This document shows, in pieces, positions 29,708-39,568 of a stretch of 64,000 nt of DNA. The stretch spans positions 32,001 to 96,000 of the forward strand of contig JAXGZN010000002.1 of assembly GCA_040776945.1 (NCBI GenBank), in the 5' to 3' direction. A model generated the notes under the pieces. It saw only the letters and a program-made list of their open reading frames with translations, ran no database searches and was not told where the DNA came from. The position numbers and the translations under genes were made by a program. Numbering within the stretch: position 1 is the first letter of the stretch; every line of letters starts with the position of its first letter. This stretch comes from Methanomassiliicoccaceae archaeon. Lineage in GTDB: Archaea; Thermoplasmatota; Thermoplasmata; Methanomassiliicoccales; Methanomassiliicoccaceae.

Positions 29708-29864
29708 CACGCTCCTTCCTTAACTTTCTCCGATACTCTCCATAACGGTCTTCGGGGGAATATCTGGGCGGTATCGGGGTATCGGTCCTGGACCCGCAGC
29801 GAGAGCACTGGTCCGACAGAGTATATTCCACGCATCGGGGGCACTTTCTGAGCGATGTCCTCAT
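29673..29864 (-). CDS. nop10: H/ACA RNP protein Nop10
   Basis: RKCPRCVEYTL..CSRCG...PPRYSPEDRYGEYRR. Confidence 0.93.
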   Translation of the reverse strand: MRTSLRKCPRCVEYTLSDQCSRCGSRTDTPIPPRYSPEDRYGEYRRKLRKERDGCGKDQGSIH

Positions 29865-29940
29865 GTTCCAACCTTTTCATCGTGAACCGATCACAGCAAT
29901 GCCGGTCCATCAGGCACAACACATGAATTGGTCGCTATTA

Positions 29941-30723
29941 TCATTTTGCCTCGCGGTGGAAGGTCGCCTTTCCGCCGCAGCTTTGCAGGTTGGCGATGAT
30001 GCTGTTGGTCACCTGCTTCATCTCCTCTTCCGCGGTCTTGTAGTCGGCCGCGGCAACGACCACTCTGTACTTGGGAGCCCCAATGTACTGGATCTTGACC
30101 TGCTCCTTCGAAGAAACGATGCCGGCGATCAACGCGTCCTTTATGCGGTCCACCCCGTCAGGCTGATAACAGGTCATCTCCATGTATCCATCGATCTGTA
30201 CGAACGAGGGGGTGACGTTCTCCTTGGCCACCTCCACGAAGGTCTTGGTCCAATCGCCTTTAAGGCCCTCCTCGGCAAGGGAGCCTGGGTTCGACGCCAC
30301 CGTCTCGAACGCCCCGAACAGGGTGCCGAACTTGTTGATCAGCTCATAGCCGAACCGCTCGTACGAATCGTCCTTGGAGATGCCCATGCGCTCGGCCACG
30401 ATCTCAATGAGCTTGTCCGCCTTGTTCTCGTTCTTCCACTGCTGTATCTTCTCTCTCTTCTGGTGCTCGTTGACCGATTTGAGGGATAGGTCGATGTGGC
30501 CTTTGGACGAATCCACGCCCAATACCTTGCATACCACCTTCTGCCCCTCGCGGACGAAATCACGTATGTATTTGACCCATCCGGTGGCGACGTCCCTGAT
30601 GTGGATGAACCCCTCCTTTCCTCCGTACTCGTCCAGGGAAACAAAGGCTCCAAAGTTCTTGACGCTCTGGACCGTGCATACGACCAGCTCGCCCTCCTCA
30701 GGGAAATCGCTTTGCCGCACCAT
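29941..30723 (-). CDS. eif2a: Translation initiation factor 2 alpha subunit
   Basis: PEEGELVVCTV S1 domain, KGHIDLSLK, YIGAPKYR. Confidence 0.97.
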   Translation of the reverse strand: MVRQSDFPEEGELVVCTVQSVKNFGAFVSLDEYGGKEGFIHIRDVATGWVKYIRDFVREGQKVVCKVLGVDSSKGHIDLSLKSVNEHQKREKIQQWKNENKADKLIEIVAERMGISKDDSYERFGYELINKFGTLFGAFETVASNPGSLAEEGLKGDWTKTFVEVAKENVTPSFVQIDGYMEMTCYQPDGVDRIKDALIAGIVSSKEQVKIQYIGAPKYRVVVAAADYKTAEEEMKQVTNSIIANLQSCGGKATFHREAK

Positions 30724-30725
30724 TC

Positions 30726-30905
30726 TTAATCAACCACCTCAACCAACGTTCCGCGCAGCTCGCCCGCACCGCCCTGGGACCTGACCAGGGTGGAGCCGCA
30801 GACGTTGCAGGTCACGTTGGTAGCAGGGTTCTTGAAGGTTATCTGCTCATTGCTGCAATCGGGGCATTTTACCTTGATGAATTTACCGGTATGTACCTCG
30901 GCCAT
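30726..30905 (-). CDS. rps27e: 30S ribosomal protein S27e
   Basis: FIKVKCPDCSNEQITF...CNVCGSTL..GG. Confidence 0.95.
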   Translation of the reverse strand: MAEVHTGKFIKVKCPDCSNEQITFKNPATNVTCNVCGSTLVRSQGGAGELRGTLVEVVD

Positions 30906-30910
30906 GGATC

Positions 30911-31189
30911 TCAATCCTCCAGCTCAAACTTCTTGGCCCTGAAGCAGGGCCTCTGAATCGCCTTCTTGCAGGTCTTGCACCTGTACCGGAGAGCGATCCT
31001 CTTGGTCGGCTTCTCCCTCCCCTCAGGCTTTGGCCTGGGGAAACCGCCGTATCCAGAGGTGGCCCGCCGGAATCTCCTCTGACCCCACTTCAGTTCGCTG
31101 GCCTTCTTCTTCTTGACCCTCTCGACTTCGTGATCGGTGTGTGACTTGCACCACGGGCAATAGGTTTTAACAATGTGAGGCATTTTCAT
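30911..31189 (-). CDS. rpl44e: 50S ribosomal protein L44e
   Basis: [31 protein letters not shown]. Confidence 0.97.
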   Translation of the reverse strand: MKMPHIVKTYCPWCKSHTDHEVERVKKKKASELKWGQRRFRRATSGYGGFPRPKPEGREKPTKRIALRYRCKTCKKAIQRPCFRAKKFELED

Positions 31190-31584
31190 AGTAACACCTT
31201 AAGAGGTGGAGACTCCTAATACGCATTATCTATTTAAAATATTAGCATTCTCAAAGGATGTCCAGGACAGTCATCTGGCCACGCTGTTTTTGACCATCTC
31301 GCCCTGAGCGCAAGGCGCCGTCCCCTGAGCCGGCGGCTTGACGCCCCCGACCCTCTCCTCGAACGGAAAACCCTTCTTCGGGACCCGCAGCGAAGAAAAG
31401 GGTTTATTAAGTATCAAAAAAGATAACGATTTGGCCCCTGCCAGATGGCTGAGTTGCAGGATTTGATATCAAGCGGCCAAATGGAACGACGGCCCGTCTA
31501 CTGGCTAGGGGGATGGTCACATTACCATTTCGTGAAATAGAAAGCCATATATATGCTTCGATTAATAATTGATTAAGATAAATT

Positions 31585-31959
31585 ATGAACGAAAGAGGCT
31601 TTACGAAAAAGGACGAGACCCTCGTCAAGCTCCTGATGCGCACGGATATGCCGAAAAATGTCGCTAAGACACTTGTATTCCTGCGCAAGAAGGAGGAGAC
31701 CACCTCTGTAGAGATCGAGATATCGACCGCTCTCAGGCAACCGGAGGTATCCATCGCCATGCAGGAGCTCCGCAGGCGCAAGTGGGTCATCAAGAGGGAC
31801 ATCAAGAAGGAGGGAAAGGGAAGGCCGGTCCATTCCTATAAGCTGGCCCTGCCGTTCGAGAAGATCATAGAGATACTTGAAAGGGAGGAGATGAAAAGGA
31901 TCGAGGAGATCCAGAACAACATCAAGGCCCTGAAGCAGGTCGCCCTGCAGCAGGCCTAG
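31585..31959 (+). CDS. Archaeal winged-HTH transcriptional regulator
   Basis: SVEIE...LRQPEVSIAMQEL, GKGRPVHSYKL. Confidence 0.85.
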   Translation: MNERGFTKKDETLVKLLMRTDMPKNVAKTLVFLRKKEETTSVEIEISTALRQPEVSIAMQELRRRKWVIKRDIKKEGKGRPVHSYKLALPFEKIIEILEREEMKRIEEIQNNIKALKQVALQQA

Positions 31960-32627
31960 GACCTTTCTCTTATCACCGTTCCTCTTTCCGTTCCTATCAC
32001 CACCGAGGTCGCCAGCCCTATGAAGAGGCCGTTCTCGACGACCCCTGGTATGGAATCGATCCGGGTGCTGGTCTCTTCCGGTTCGCTGATCCTATCGAAC
32101 TTGCAATCATAGATGAGGTTACCATTGTCCGTTACAAATGGGCTCTCCCCTCCGCGCAGGGTGGCGACGCAACCAAGGGCCTCCAGCGCCGACTTGGTGC
32201 GGAGGTGCCCGAACTGCACCACCTCCACCGGCAAAGGCGTTCTGACCCCCAACACGTCCACGACCTTTGAACCGTCTACGATTATGACCTCCCGCTTCGA
32301 GTAATACGCTACCATCTTCTCCCTGAGCAGGGCGCCGCCCAGGCCCTTTATAAGACGGAGGCAGGGGTCCACCTCGTCCGCCCCGTCGATGGTAAGGTCG
32401 ATCTGCCCGACCTTTTCAAGCGTAGACAGCGGTATGTTGAGCGAGCGGGCCTGCCTCTCCGTCTCTATTGACGTTGGAACGCCCACCAGGCGATAACCGT
32501 CCCTCACGAGTTTGCCTATCTCATCGACGGCAAGGCGGGTGGTGGAGCCGGTCCCCAGCCCGAGGACCATCCCGTCCTCCACGAGCTCGACGGCCCTCCT
32601 CGCCGCCTGCAGCTTCAATGAGCTCAT
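31956..32627 (-). CDS. rpiA: Ribose-5-phosphate isomerase A
   Basis: GLGTGST, DGADEVD, IKGLGGALLREK, TDNGN, GVVENGLF. Confidence 0.97.
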   Translation of the reverse strand: MSSLKLQAARRAVELVEDGMVLGLGTGSTTRLAVDEIGKLVRDGYRLVGVPTSIETERQARSLNIPLSTLEKVGQIDLTIDGADEVDPCLRLIKGLGGALLREKMVAYYSKREVIIVDGSKVVDVLGVRTPLPVEVVQFGHLRTKSALEALGCVATLRGGESPFVTDNGNLIYDCKFDRISEPEETSTRIDSIPGVVENGLFIGLATSVVIGTERGTVIRERS

Positions 32628-33331
32628 TCCCTCACCCCGAACTCCTTTACGACCTCTCGGGTCAGCTCCTCGACGATGAAGGCGTTCACCTTCGCTCCCA
32701 GCTCGGGGGTGGCAGAGGGCGCGTTCCCGACGAACCCGTCCGGCATCGACCGCTCAGGGTCACGGACGACCATGAACCCTTGGCTCACGTAGTGTCCGAC
32801 CCTCTCCTGCGGCCTGACCAGCTCAGGGGCGATGGCCATGATCCGGGAGGTCTCTATCTTCCCGCCGTGCCCGTCCCCCCTCTGGTCCTCGGGGAAGAGC
32901 TTGGCAATATCATAGTCGGTCAACAGCATGAGCCTGACGTCGTGCTCCTCCACTATGCCGGTGCAAGCCTGCCTAAGCGCGTTCATATGCGATCCGCCAG
33001 CATGGCCGCTGATCACAACCAGTTTGTCCGCCCCGTTGGCTATCAAGGAGCGCAGGATGTCCCGTACGACCAGGATGGTGGTCTCGAACCCCAGCCCGAT
33101 GGTCCCAGGCATGTTGCGGGTGGACGAATGGAAAGCATAACGCAGGGGAGGCGCCACCAGACCCTTAACGCGCTCGGCCACCGCGTCCGCTATGAACTCG
33201 GGCTGCAGGGAATCCGTGCTAAGCGGCAGGTGGGAGGAATGGGCCTCGGTCCCTCCGATAGGCAGGAACACCACGGGCCTCTCCCTCATGGCCTTGGCGA
33301 ACTCGGTAGAGGTCAGCGAGTCAAGGCGCAT
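32624..33331 (-). CDS. Creatininase family protein
   Basis: PIGGTEAHSSHLPLSTD, SGHAGG, HGGKIETS. Confidence 0.88.
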   Translation of the reverse strand: MRLDSLTSTEFAKAMRERPVVFLPIGGTEAHSSHLPLSTDSLQPEFIADAVAERVKGLVAPPLRYAFHSSTRNMPGTIGLGFETTILVVRDILRSLIANGADKLVVISGHAGGSHMNALRQACTGIVEEHDVRLMLLTDYDIAKLFPEDQRGDGHGGKIETSRIMAIAPELVRPQERVGHYVSQGFMVVRDPERSMPDGFVGNAPSATPELGAKVNAFIVEELTREVVKEFGVRE

Positions 33332-33489
33332 CAGCGCACCTTCCTATCGGACAGATCGATCAGTCGGGTTCCGCAGACCGGGCAGTTCCCCTTCTCCAGG
33401 GCATCCTGTCCGAACCTCTCTTTCAGCTCCTGGTTGAGCCTATCGAGATCGGCGGTCTTTATGGAGCGGTCGCATCGGGGGCAATACAT
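33331..33489 (-). CDS. 52-aa Zn-finger microprotein (CPxC...CPxCG)
   Basis: Manual translation MYCPRCDRSIKTADLDRLNQELKERFGQDALEKGNCPVCGTRLIDLSDRKVR; stop overlaps the creatininase ATG (TGATG). Confidence 0.75.
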   Translation of the reverse strand: MYCPRCDRSIKTADLDRLNQELKERFGQDALEKGNCPVCGTRLIDLSDRKVR

Positions 33490-33565
33490 CGACCGCGCAT
33501 CGGATTGACCGGTTCAAATATCTGCCGGGACAAGCTTAAGGCCATGGTCGGTCATTGAAGGGCCC

Positions 33566-34240
33566 ATGCGCTTGGCCGCCCTGTTCTCAGGAGGCAAGGA
33601 CTCAGTCCTAGCCGCCTACCTTATGGAGCAGCAGGGGCATTCCGTGGATGTCCTGGTCAGCGTGCGGCCCAGGGACCCCCATTCGTGGGTGTTCCATACT
33701 CCGAACCTCAAGTTCCTGCCGTTGATGGCCGAGGCCATGAACAAGGAACTTGTCGCGGTGGACAGCACGGGCACGGAAAGGGACGACCTCCGGGCGCTTG
33801 AGGACGCCCTTTCCCTGCTCGAGGTCGATGGCGTGATAACCGGGGCCATCGCCTCGGACTATCAATGGGACCGCATAAATCATGTTTGCGAGGGCCTCGA
33901 CCTCAATGTCCATTCGCCGCTCTGGAGAAAGGACCAGGACCTTCTCATGGAGGAGCTTATCGATGCCGGCGTGGTAGCCATGATCGTAAGCGTTTCGGCC
34001 GACGGGCTGGACGCATCATGGCTGGGCAAGCGGATCGACCATCAGGCGCTGGATGGGCTGAGATCGATCGCCAAGAGCAGGGGGATGAACCTTGCGGGCG
34101 AGGGAGGCGAGTATGAGACGTTGGTCCTGGACTCCCCGCTCCATCGGCGGGCGATAAGGATATTGGGTTCGGAGGTGGAGAGCGGCCGGGACTCCGGCCT
34201 GCTTAAGGTCACCAGGGCAATGCTGGAGGATAAAAAATGA
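33566..34240 (+). CDS. Diphthine--ammonia ligase (Dph6-like PP-loop ATPase)
   Basis: LFSGGKDS, GAIASDYQ, PLW, GEGGEYETLVLD. Confidence 0.9.
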   Translation: MRLAALFSGGKDSVLAAYLMEQQGHSVDVLVSVRPRDPHSWVFHTPNLKFLPLMAEAMNKELVAVDSTGTERDDLRALEDALSLLEVDGVITGAIASDYQWDRINHVCEGLDLNVHSPLWRKDQDLLMEELIDAGVVAMIVSVSADGLDASWLGKRIDHQALDGLRSIAKSRGMNLAGEGGEYETLVLDSPLHRRAIRILGSEVESGRDSGLLKVTRAMLEDKK

Positions 34241-34794
34241 AGGGTCACAGGTTCCCCGCCGATGCGAGGAAGAGGCTTAGCAACGAAGAGAGAAGAAGGA
34301 TGCAGCCGGCGGAGGATATCATAGCTCGGATGGTCCTTATGCCGGAGGAGGTGGTCGCCGACCTCGGATGCGGGACCGGCTACGTCACCATCCCCATGGC
34401 CGCGCGGGTGACTAAAGTGTACGCGATAGATGCTCAGAAGGCAATGCTGGAAGCCCTAGCCGAGGACCTCCCTCACGAGCTCAAGGACAAGGTCGTCCCG
34501 ATCCAGAGCGAACTCCCGAGGATCCCTCTTGAGGACAGGTCGATCGATCGTGCTGTGGCCGTGAACGTCGTGCATGAGGTGGGGGACCTCGCCGCCCTGG
34601 AGTCCGAGCTGCGGCGCTGTCTCCGTCCGGGAGGGAGGTTCACCATCGTGGACTTCCCAAAAAGGGAGACCAGTCTAGGTCCCCCCGTCTCCGAACGGCT
34701 GAGCGAGGAGGAGGTTATCTCCAATTTCCCATTCTTCCGCAAGCTCAAAGAGTGGAACTATCCGGAGTTCTATCAGTTGGAGCTTTCCCTCTGA
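34237..34794 (+). CDS. Class I SAM-dependent methyltransferase
   Basis: VADLGCGTG, VYAID, VVHE, LRPGG. Confidence 0.88.
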   Translation: MKGHRFPADARKRLSNEERRRMQPAEDIIARMVLMPEEVVADLGCGTGYVTIPMAARVTKVYAIDAQKAMLEALAEDLPHELKDKVVPIQSELPRIPLEDRSIDRAVAVNVVHEVGDLAALESELRRCLRPGGRFTIVDFPKRETSLGPPVSERLSEEEVISNFPFFRKLKEWNYPEFYQLELSL

Positions 34795-35275
34795 CCCCCA
34801 TCTCTTGGCAGAACACCAGCACCTCGTCATAATCTGGCTCCTCGGCCTGCGAGGTATCGTAGGAGATCCAAGCATACCGGACCTCTCCATCGCGGTCCAC
34901 GATGAACACCGAGCGCCGGGACCTGCCGTTCAGGTAGCCCTCCCCTCCCATGAGCACCCCGTAATCATCGCTAACCTTCCCATCGAAGTCGGACAGCAGC
35001 GGGAACTGGAGGTCCAGACGCTCCTTCCATGCGCTGTGAACGAACTGACTATTGGTGCATATGCCGATAAGCTCCGCCCCTGCTCTCCTGAACTCCTCGT
35101 ACATCCTCTGGAACTGCTTCATCTCCACATTGCATATGACGCCGAAGTCTCCATTATAGAATATGAGCACCGCCGCGCCCCGGCCCAGAACTTCGGACAA
35201 GCTTAAGGACCCGCCGTAGGCCTCAGGGAGTGTGAAATCCGGCGCTCTCTCGCCAACGGAGGGTGTTCGAGACAT
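34745..35275 (-). CDS. Peroxiredoxin-like (AhpC/TSA) protein
   Basis: GERAPDFTLP, FYNGDFGVICNVEM, FPLLSDF, RSVFIVD. Confidence 0.85.
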   Translation of the reverse strand: MSRTPSVGERAPDFTLPEAYGGSLSLSEVLGRGAAVLIFYNGDFGVICNVEMKQFQRMYEEFRRAGAELIGICTNSQFVHSAWKERLDLQFPLLSDFDGKVSDDYGVLMGGEGYLNGRSRRSVFIVDRDGEVRYAWISYDTSQAEEPDYDEVLVFCQEMGVRGKAPTDRTPDSSTL

Positions 35276-35324
35276 AGCATCAGAATATGGGATGGAGGTT
35301 TGAAATACTTGCCTTCAGCCCCTC

Positions 35325-36902
35325 TCAATCGGCCCTCAGCGACACCTCCGGGGCATCCGCTCTCGATCTGGCCACCAGGACCCCGGCGACCAATGTAACT
35401 AGAGATAGAGGAAGGCCGATGATCAGCGGATCTATCACGTTGAAAGGGGAGCCGAGCAAGGTGGTCTGTCCGAACAGGGCGTTGCAGATCCCCAGCTTGG
35501 AGGCCTCCGCGGTATGAACGAAAACCGTCCACAGGAACCATGTTACCGCCCCTACCGTGAGCGATAATTTGGCGGGCAAGGCCAGCGGGTCCTTGGAATA
35601 TAGCCCGTAGGTAAGGACTGGCAGGAAGGCGCAGGCACACAGGCCCATGAACATGGCGGTGGCCCGGGCGATGATGCTTGGGGGCATGACCAGGGCAAGG
35701 GCGACCGAAAAGACGATCATGCTGACCATGCCCATCTGGGTCACTTTCTTGGAGGGACGCTCCCTCTTCACGATGTGCTTGTAAAGGTCATACCCGGCGG
35801 TGGTGCCCATGGTGTGAAAGATCGAGCTAAGGGTCGACATCCCCGCAGCCAGGAGCACAAGGAGGAATATGATAACGAACAGGTCGGGCATCGCAGAGTT
35901 GATGTAGAGCGGTATGATGTTGTCAGCGTTCTTATCGGCGGCGTAATAGGCCACTTGGCCGGTCCTCTCCCAGAACCAGACATTGGTCAGAGGTCCTACG
36001 GTGAAGGCCACGCCGGTCATCATCAGGAGGAAGGGACCTCCCACCGAAACAGCACGGTTGATGGAGCGTTCGTCCTTGGCTGACAGGAAGCGAACGCTGA
36101 GCTGAGGTTGGGCCAGCACTCCGATGCCGACGCCCATCACGATCGTGGTGACCAAGGTGAGCCAGATATCCGTTCCGAAAGCGGGCATAGCCGTCCAGGA
36201 ATGAAGTCCGCCGTCCTTAAGGAACCCTGGTATCTGAGGCGACAGGCCCGCGAGGCTGGTGAAGCCGTTCTCCACGCCCCCCACCGCAGCGAGCGTTAGC
36301 ACCAGGAGAAGGGTCATGCCTACGAGCATGAGGGCTCCCTGCATGGCATCGGTGTACATGACCGCGATAAGGCCTCCCATGACCACATAGGCCGCGGTTA
36401 TTAGCGAGAATCCGAGCAGGGCCACCGTATAGTCCAGATCGAACGTGGTATGGATGAACCATGCACCACCGATGATGATGGCCGCGCAATACAGCGGCAT
36501 GGCCGCCAGGATCATGATCCCGCTGGCATACTGCATGAAGTTGGATCTGTACATCTTCCCCAGGAGATCAGGGAAGGTGACAGCTCCCAGGCGATGGCCG
36601 ATCCTCCTGATCCTCTTCCCGTAGATTATAAAGGCAATAAGCACGCCCATCCCGATGTTCAGGACCGTTAGCCAGATAAGGCCGCTCCCGTAAAGGGCGG
36701 CAATTCCCCCGAACCCAACTATCGCCGATGTGGAGATGAACGTGGCCCCATACGACAGGCCAAGGACAAGAGGTCTGATCCTTCTGCCGGCCACCATGTA
36801 ATCGGTGGCCTCCTTGGTATGGCGATAGCCCAGATAGCCGAGGAACATCGTAGCGGCCAGATACAGGGCCGTACAAGCGGCGAAGACCAAGGTGTCAACC
36901 AT
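35325..36902 (-). CDS. Sodium:solute symporter family protein
   Basis: DYMVAGR, SYGATFISTSAIVGFGG, YTDAMQG, AQPQL.VRF; many TM helices; start trimmed from 37001. Confidence 0.92.
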   Translation of the reverse strand: MVDTLVFAACTALYLAATMFLGYLGYRHTKEATDYMVAGRRIRPLVLGLSYGATFISTSAIVGFGGIAALYGSGLIWLTVLNIGMGVLIAFIIYGKRIRRIGHRLGAVTFPDLLGKMYRSNFMQYASGIMILAAMPLYCAAIIIGGAWFIHTTFDLDYTVALLGFSLITAAYVVMGGLIAVMYTDAMQGALMLVGMTLLLVLTLAAVGGVENGFTSLAGLSPQIPGFLKDGGLHSWTAMPAFGTDIWLTLVTTIVMGVGIGVLAQPQLSVRFLSAKDERSINRAVSVGGPFLLMMTGVAFTVGPLTNVWFWERTGQVAYYAADKNADNIIPLYINSAMPDLFVIIFLLVLLAAGMSTLSSIFHTMGTTAGYDLYKHIVKRERPSKKVTQMGMVSMIVFSVALALVMPPSIIARATAMFMGLCACAFLPVLTYGLYSKDPLALPAKLSLTVGAVTWFLWTVFVHTAEASKLGICNALFGQTTLLGSPFNVIDPLIIGLPLSLVTLVAGVLVARSRADAPEVSLRAD

Positions 36903-36903
36903 C

Positions 36904-37014
36904 TCATCCACCATCCTCGCATCTATCGACCAGGCCCCACGCTCCACAGACCAATGCCAGCGCGATCGATAGAACATAACCGAGGACGACAACAGGGTCA
37001 CTGATGCCCAGCAT
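36904..37014 (-). CDS. Symporter small accessory membrane protein (36 aa)
   Basis: MLGISDPVVVLGYVLSIALALVCGAWGLVDRCEDGG directly upstream of the SSS gene. Confidence 0.75.
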   Translation of the reverse strand: MLGISDPVVVLGYVLSIALALVCGAWGLVDRCEDGG

Positions 37015-37166
37015 AGAATCCCCCAATCCTTCAGGGGGCATATCCTGAATGGCGTATTTAAAATAAATGATACATGTTAACAGGGCACAATCTAGCAAGC
37101 ATACGCCTACCGCAGCGGCACGGTCGCGGATAACTTGACGGCCTGAACGGCCATGACCTGTGTGCC

Positions 37167-38138
37167 ATGACCATCAGGACCTTCACCGACCTTCTCAACA
37201 AGGGGCTGGACCTATATCACGCCGGAAGATATCTGGAAGGCTACGAACTGATGACCTCCAACGCCGGCCATGTACCTAGGAACGACGCCCAGGTCTATGA
37301 CTATAGGGCCTCCATGGCCTGCCGCGCGGGCCATCCGGACCTGGCCATGGAGCTATTGAACGAGGCGGTGCTTAAGAAGGGCTGCTGGTACTCTCAAGAA
37401 TATTTCGATGAGGACGAGGACATCGCGCCATTGGCCCTCCTGCCCGGCCTCTCCCGACTGAAGGAGGTCTGTTCGGAGAGGGAACGGGAGGCCCGGGCCG
37501 CCAGCGTTTCCGAGCTGGTCATGACCAGAGCATCCGTTCGCAATGATAGCGCTCCGATCGTCATAGTCCTGCACGGCAATGGGCAGAACATACCGATATG
37601 CCAGGAGGATTGGCGGGGCGTCCCGGAAGAGGGCTTCGACCTCGCCTTCGTCCGCTCTTCCCAACTAACGTTCTCTGACGCCTACGTATGGAACGATCTT
37701 AAGGAAGGGGCTCGAGACCTCGAAGAACAGCTCGACGTCCTGCGCGCCGAGGGGGAGCTGGACGGCCGGCCGGTCATCATGGCCGGCTTCTCAGCAGGGG
37801 CGCGCATGGTCATAAAGGCGGTCATCGACGGGATGGTGGACGCTGATGCACTCGTTCTGATAGGGCCTTGGTTGCCCGAGCTCCACGAATGGTCGGACAC
37901 AATACGGAGCATGGGCGAGAGGATGCCGGGGACCTGCATCTTCTGCGGGGATAGGGACGAATGCCTTCCATGGGCCCATGGGTTGGCCGATATGCTACTC
38001 CGAATGGGGCGGCCATGCCGCTTCCTCGTCCCCGCCGGGCTCGGCCACGACTTTCCTCCCGATTTCACATCTGGCCTCGGTAAGGCGGTAACATCGGTCC
38101 TCAATACCCCGGCCGGTGAGGGGCTCGGGACAAAATGA
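37167..38138 (+). CDS. Alpha/beta hydrolase with N-terminal TPR-like helical domain
   Basis: VLHGNG, AGFSAG nucleophile elbow, CGDRD, GLGHDF. Confidence 0.8.
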   Translation: MTIRTFTDLLNKGLDLYHAGRYLEGYELMTSNAGHVPRNDAQVYDYRASMACRAGHPDLAMELLNEAVLKKGCWYSQEYFDEDEDIAPLALLPGLSRLKEVCSEREREARAASVSELVMTRASVRNDSAPIVIVLHGNGQNIPICQEDWRGVPEEGFDLAFVRSSQLTFSDAYVWNDLKEGARDLEEQLDVLRAEGELDGRPVIMAGFSAGARMVIKAVIDGMVDADALVLIGPWLPELHEWSDTIRSMGERMPGTCIFCGDRDECLPWAHGLADMLLRMGRPCRFLVPAGLGHDFPPDFTSGLGKAVTSVLNTPAGEGLGTK

Positions 38139-38217
38139 CCAAATAATCTCGCCTCCGTTCCATTATCGCCTAATCGAAGGCGGGGGGCAGTGGGCCGGCG
38201 ACCAAGGAGGATAGGCA

Positions 38218-39567
38218 GTGAGCAGTGAGGGAGAAGAACAAAACACAGCCCGGGCCGGGACCGGGGACGGTCCCTTGAATGCCCTGGAGATCGGAGCAGA
38301 TGAGAGAAGATCGTTGCTGGCCTCGATAGTAGAGCAGTCAGACGATGCGGTGGTGGCCCTGACCATGGACGGCAAGATAGCCTCATGGAACCGGGCCGCG
38401 GAGACGATCTACGGCCTTTCCGCCGGAAATGCCGCCGAGCAAAGCCTCTCTATGCTCATCCCCGAGGACCATACGTTCGAGGCCTCCGAGATGCTGGAGC
38501 GGATCGCCCGGGGGGAGAGCATTCGCAACTACGAAATGGGCCTCAGGAAGGAGAGCGGAGAGGAGATGCTTATCTCCATGTGCATGTCGCCGATCAGGGC
38601 CAAGGATGGGAGCATCATAGGCATGTCCACCGTCTCCCGTGACGTGACCGCTGAGGTCACGGCCCAGCATGCCGCTAAGGTTGCTGCGGGAGCGGAGCGC
38701 AGGAGGTTCGTCGAGGTGCTCGACCGCCTCCCGGCCTACGTTGCTCTTCTGACCACCGACCACCGCATCTCTTTCGCCAACAGATATTTCAAGGAACATT
38801 TCGGGGAGGACCACGGAAGGCACTGCTATGAATGCCTGTTCGGACTGGATGCCCCATGTGACTTTTGCCAATCATACATCGTTCTCGAGACCGGAAAGCC
38901 CCATCAGTGGGAGTGGTCCGGTCCGGACGGCAACATCTACGATGTTTTCGATTATCCGTTCGTGGACCTGGACGGTTCCAAGATGATCCTTGAGGTTGGC
39001 ATCAACATCACCAAAAGGAAGATGGCCGAGGATGCCCTCAGGAAGGCCTTGGCCTACAACAGGAGCTTGATCGAAGCGAGCTTGGACCCCTTGGTCACCA
39101 TCGGACCGGACGGAAAGATAACCGACGTGAACATGGCCACCGAGTCCATAACAGGCAGGAGCAGGGCGGAGCTGATAGGCACCGATTTCTCCGACTACTT
39201 CACCGAACCAGAAATCGCAAGGGCCGGCTACGAAACGGTCTTCCGAGAAGGCCTCGTCCGCGACTATGCCCTTGAGATCAGGCACCAGGACGGTCGCATG
39301 ATACCTGTCCTTTACAACGCTCAGGTCTATCGGGATGACGAGGGCCACGTCATAGGCGTCTTTGCCGCGGCCAGGGACGTCACCGCCCAGAAGAGGATCG
39401 AGGCAGAGCTGGCAGCCCAACGAAGGATGGAACTGGAGAGGATATCGGACCTTGAGAAGTTCCAAAGATTGACCGTCGGGCGGGAGCTTAAGATGGTAGA
39501 GCTGAAGAAAGAGATCGCGGAGCTGAGGGCGATCAACTCCGACCTGCGGAAGAGGCTGGAGCATTAG
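38218..39567 (+). CDS. Triple-PAS sensor protein with C-terminal coiled coil and no output domain
   Basis: SWNRAAETIYG...RDVT; ANRYF...INIT; DVNMATE...RDVT; tail GRELKMVELKKEI. Confidence 0.88.
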   Translation: MSSEGEEQNTARAGTGDGPLNALEIGADERRSLLASIVEQSDDAVVALTMDGKIASWNRAAETIYGLSAGNAAEQSLSMLIPEDHTFEASEMLERIARGESIRNYEMGLRKESGEEMLISMCMSPIRAKDGSIIGMSTVSRDVTAEVTAQHAAKVAAGAERRRFVEVLDRLPAYVALLTTDHRISFANRYFKEHFGEDHGRHCYECLFGLDAPCDFCQSYIVLETGKPHQWEWSGPDGNIYDVFDYPFVDLDGSKMILEVGINITKRKMAEDALRKALAYNRSLIEASLDPLVTIGPDGKITDVNMATESITGRSRAELIGTDFSDYFTEPEIARAGYETVFREGLVRDYALEIRHQDGRMIPVLYNAQVYRDDEGHVIGVFAAARDVTAQKRIEAELAAQRRMELERISDLEKFQRLTVGRELKMVELKKEIAELRAINSDLRKRLEH

Positions 39568-39568
39568 G

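Noticed and set aside
31367-31405. Structured RNA at the imperfect hairpin AAACCCTTCTTCG...CGAAGAAAAGGGTTT
   Set aside because: A single imperfect hairpin in a divergent promoter region; not enough to call an ncRNA
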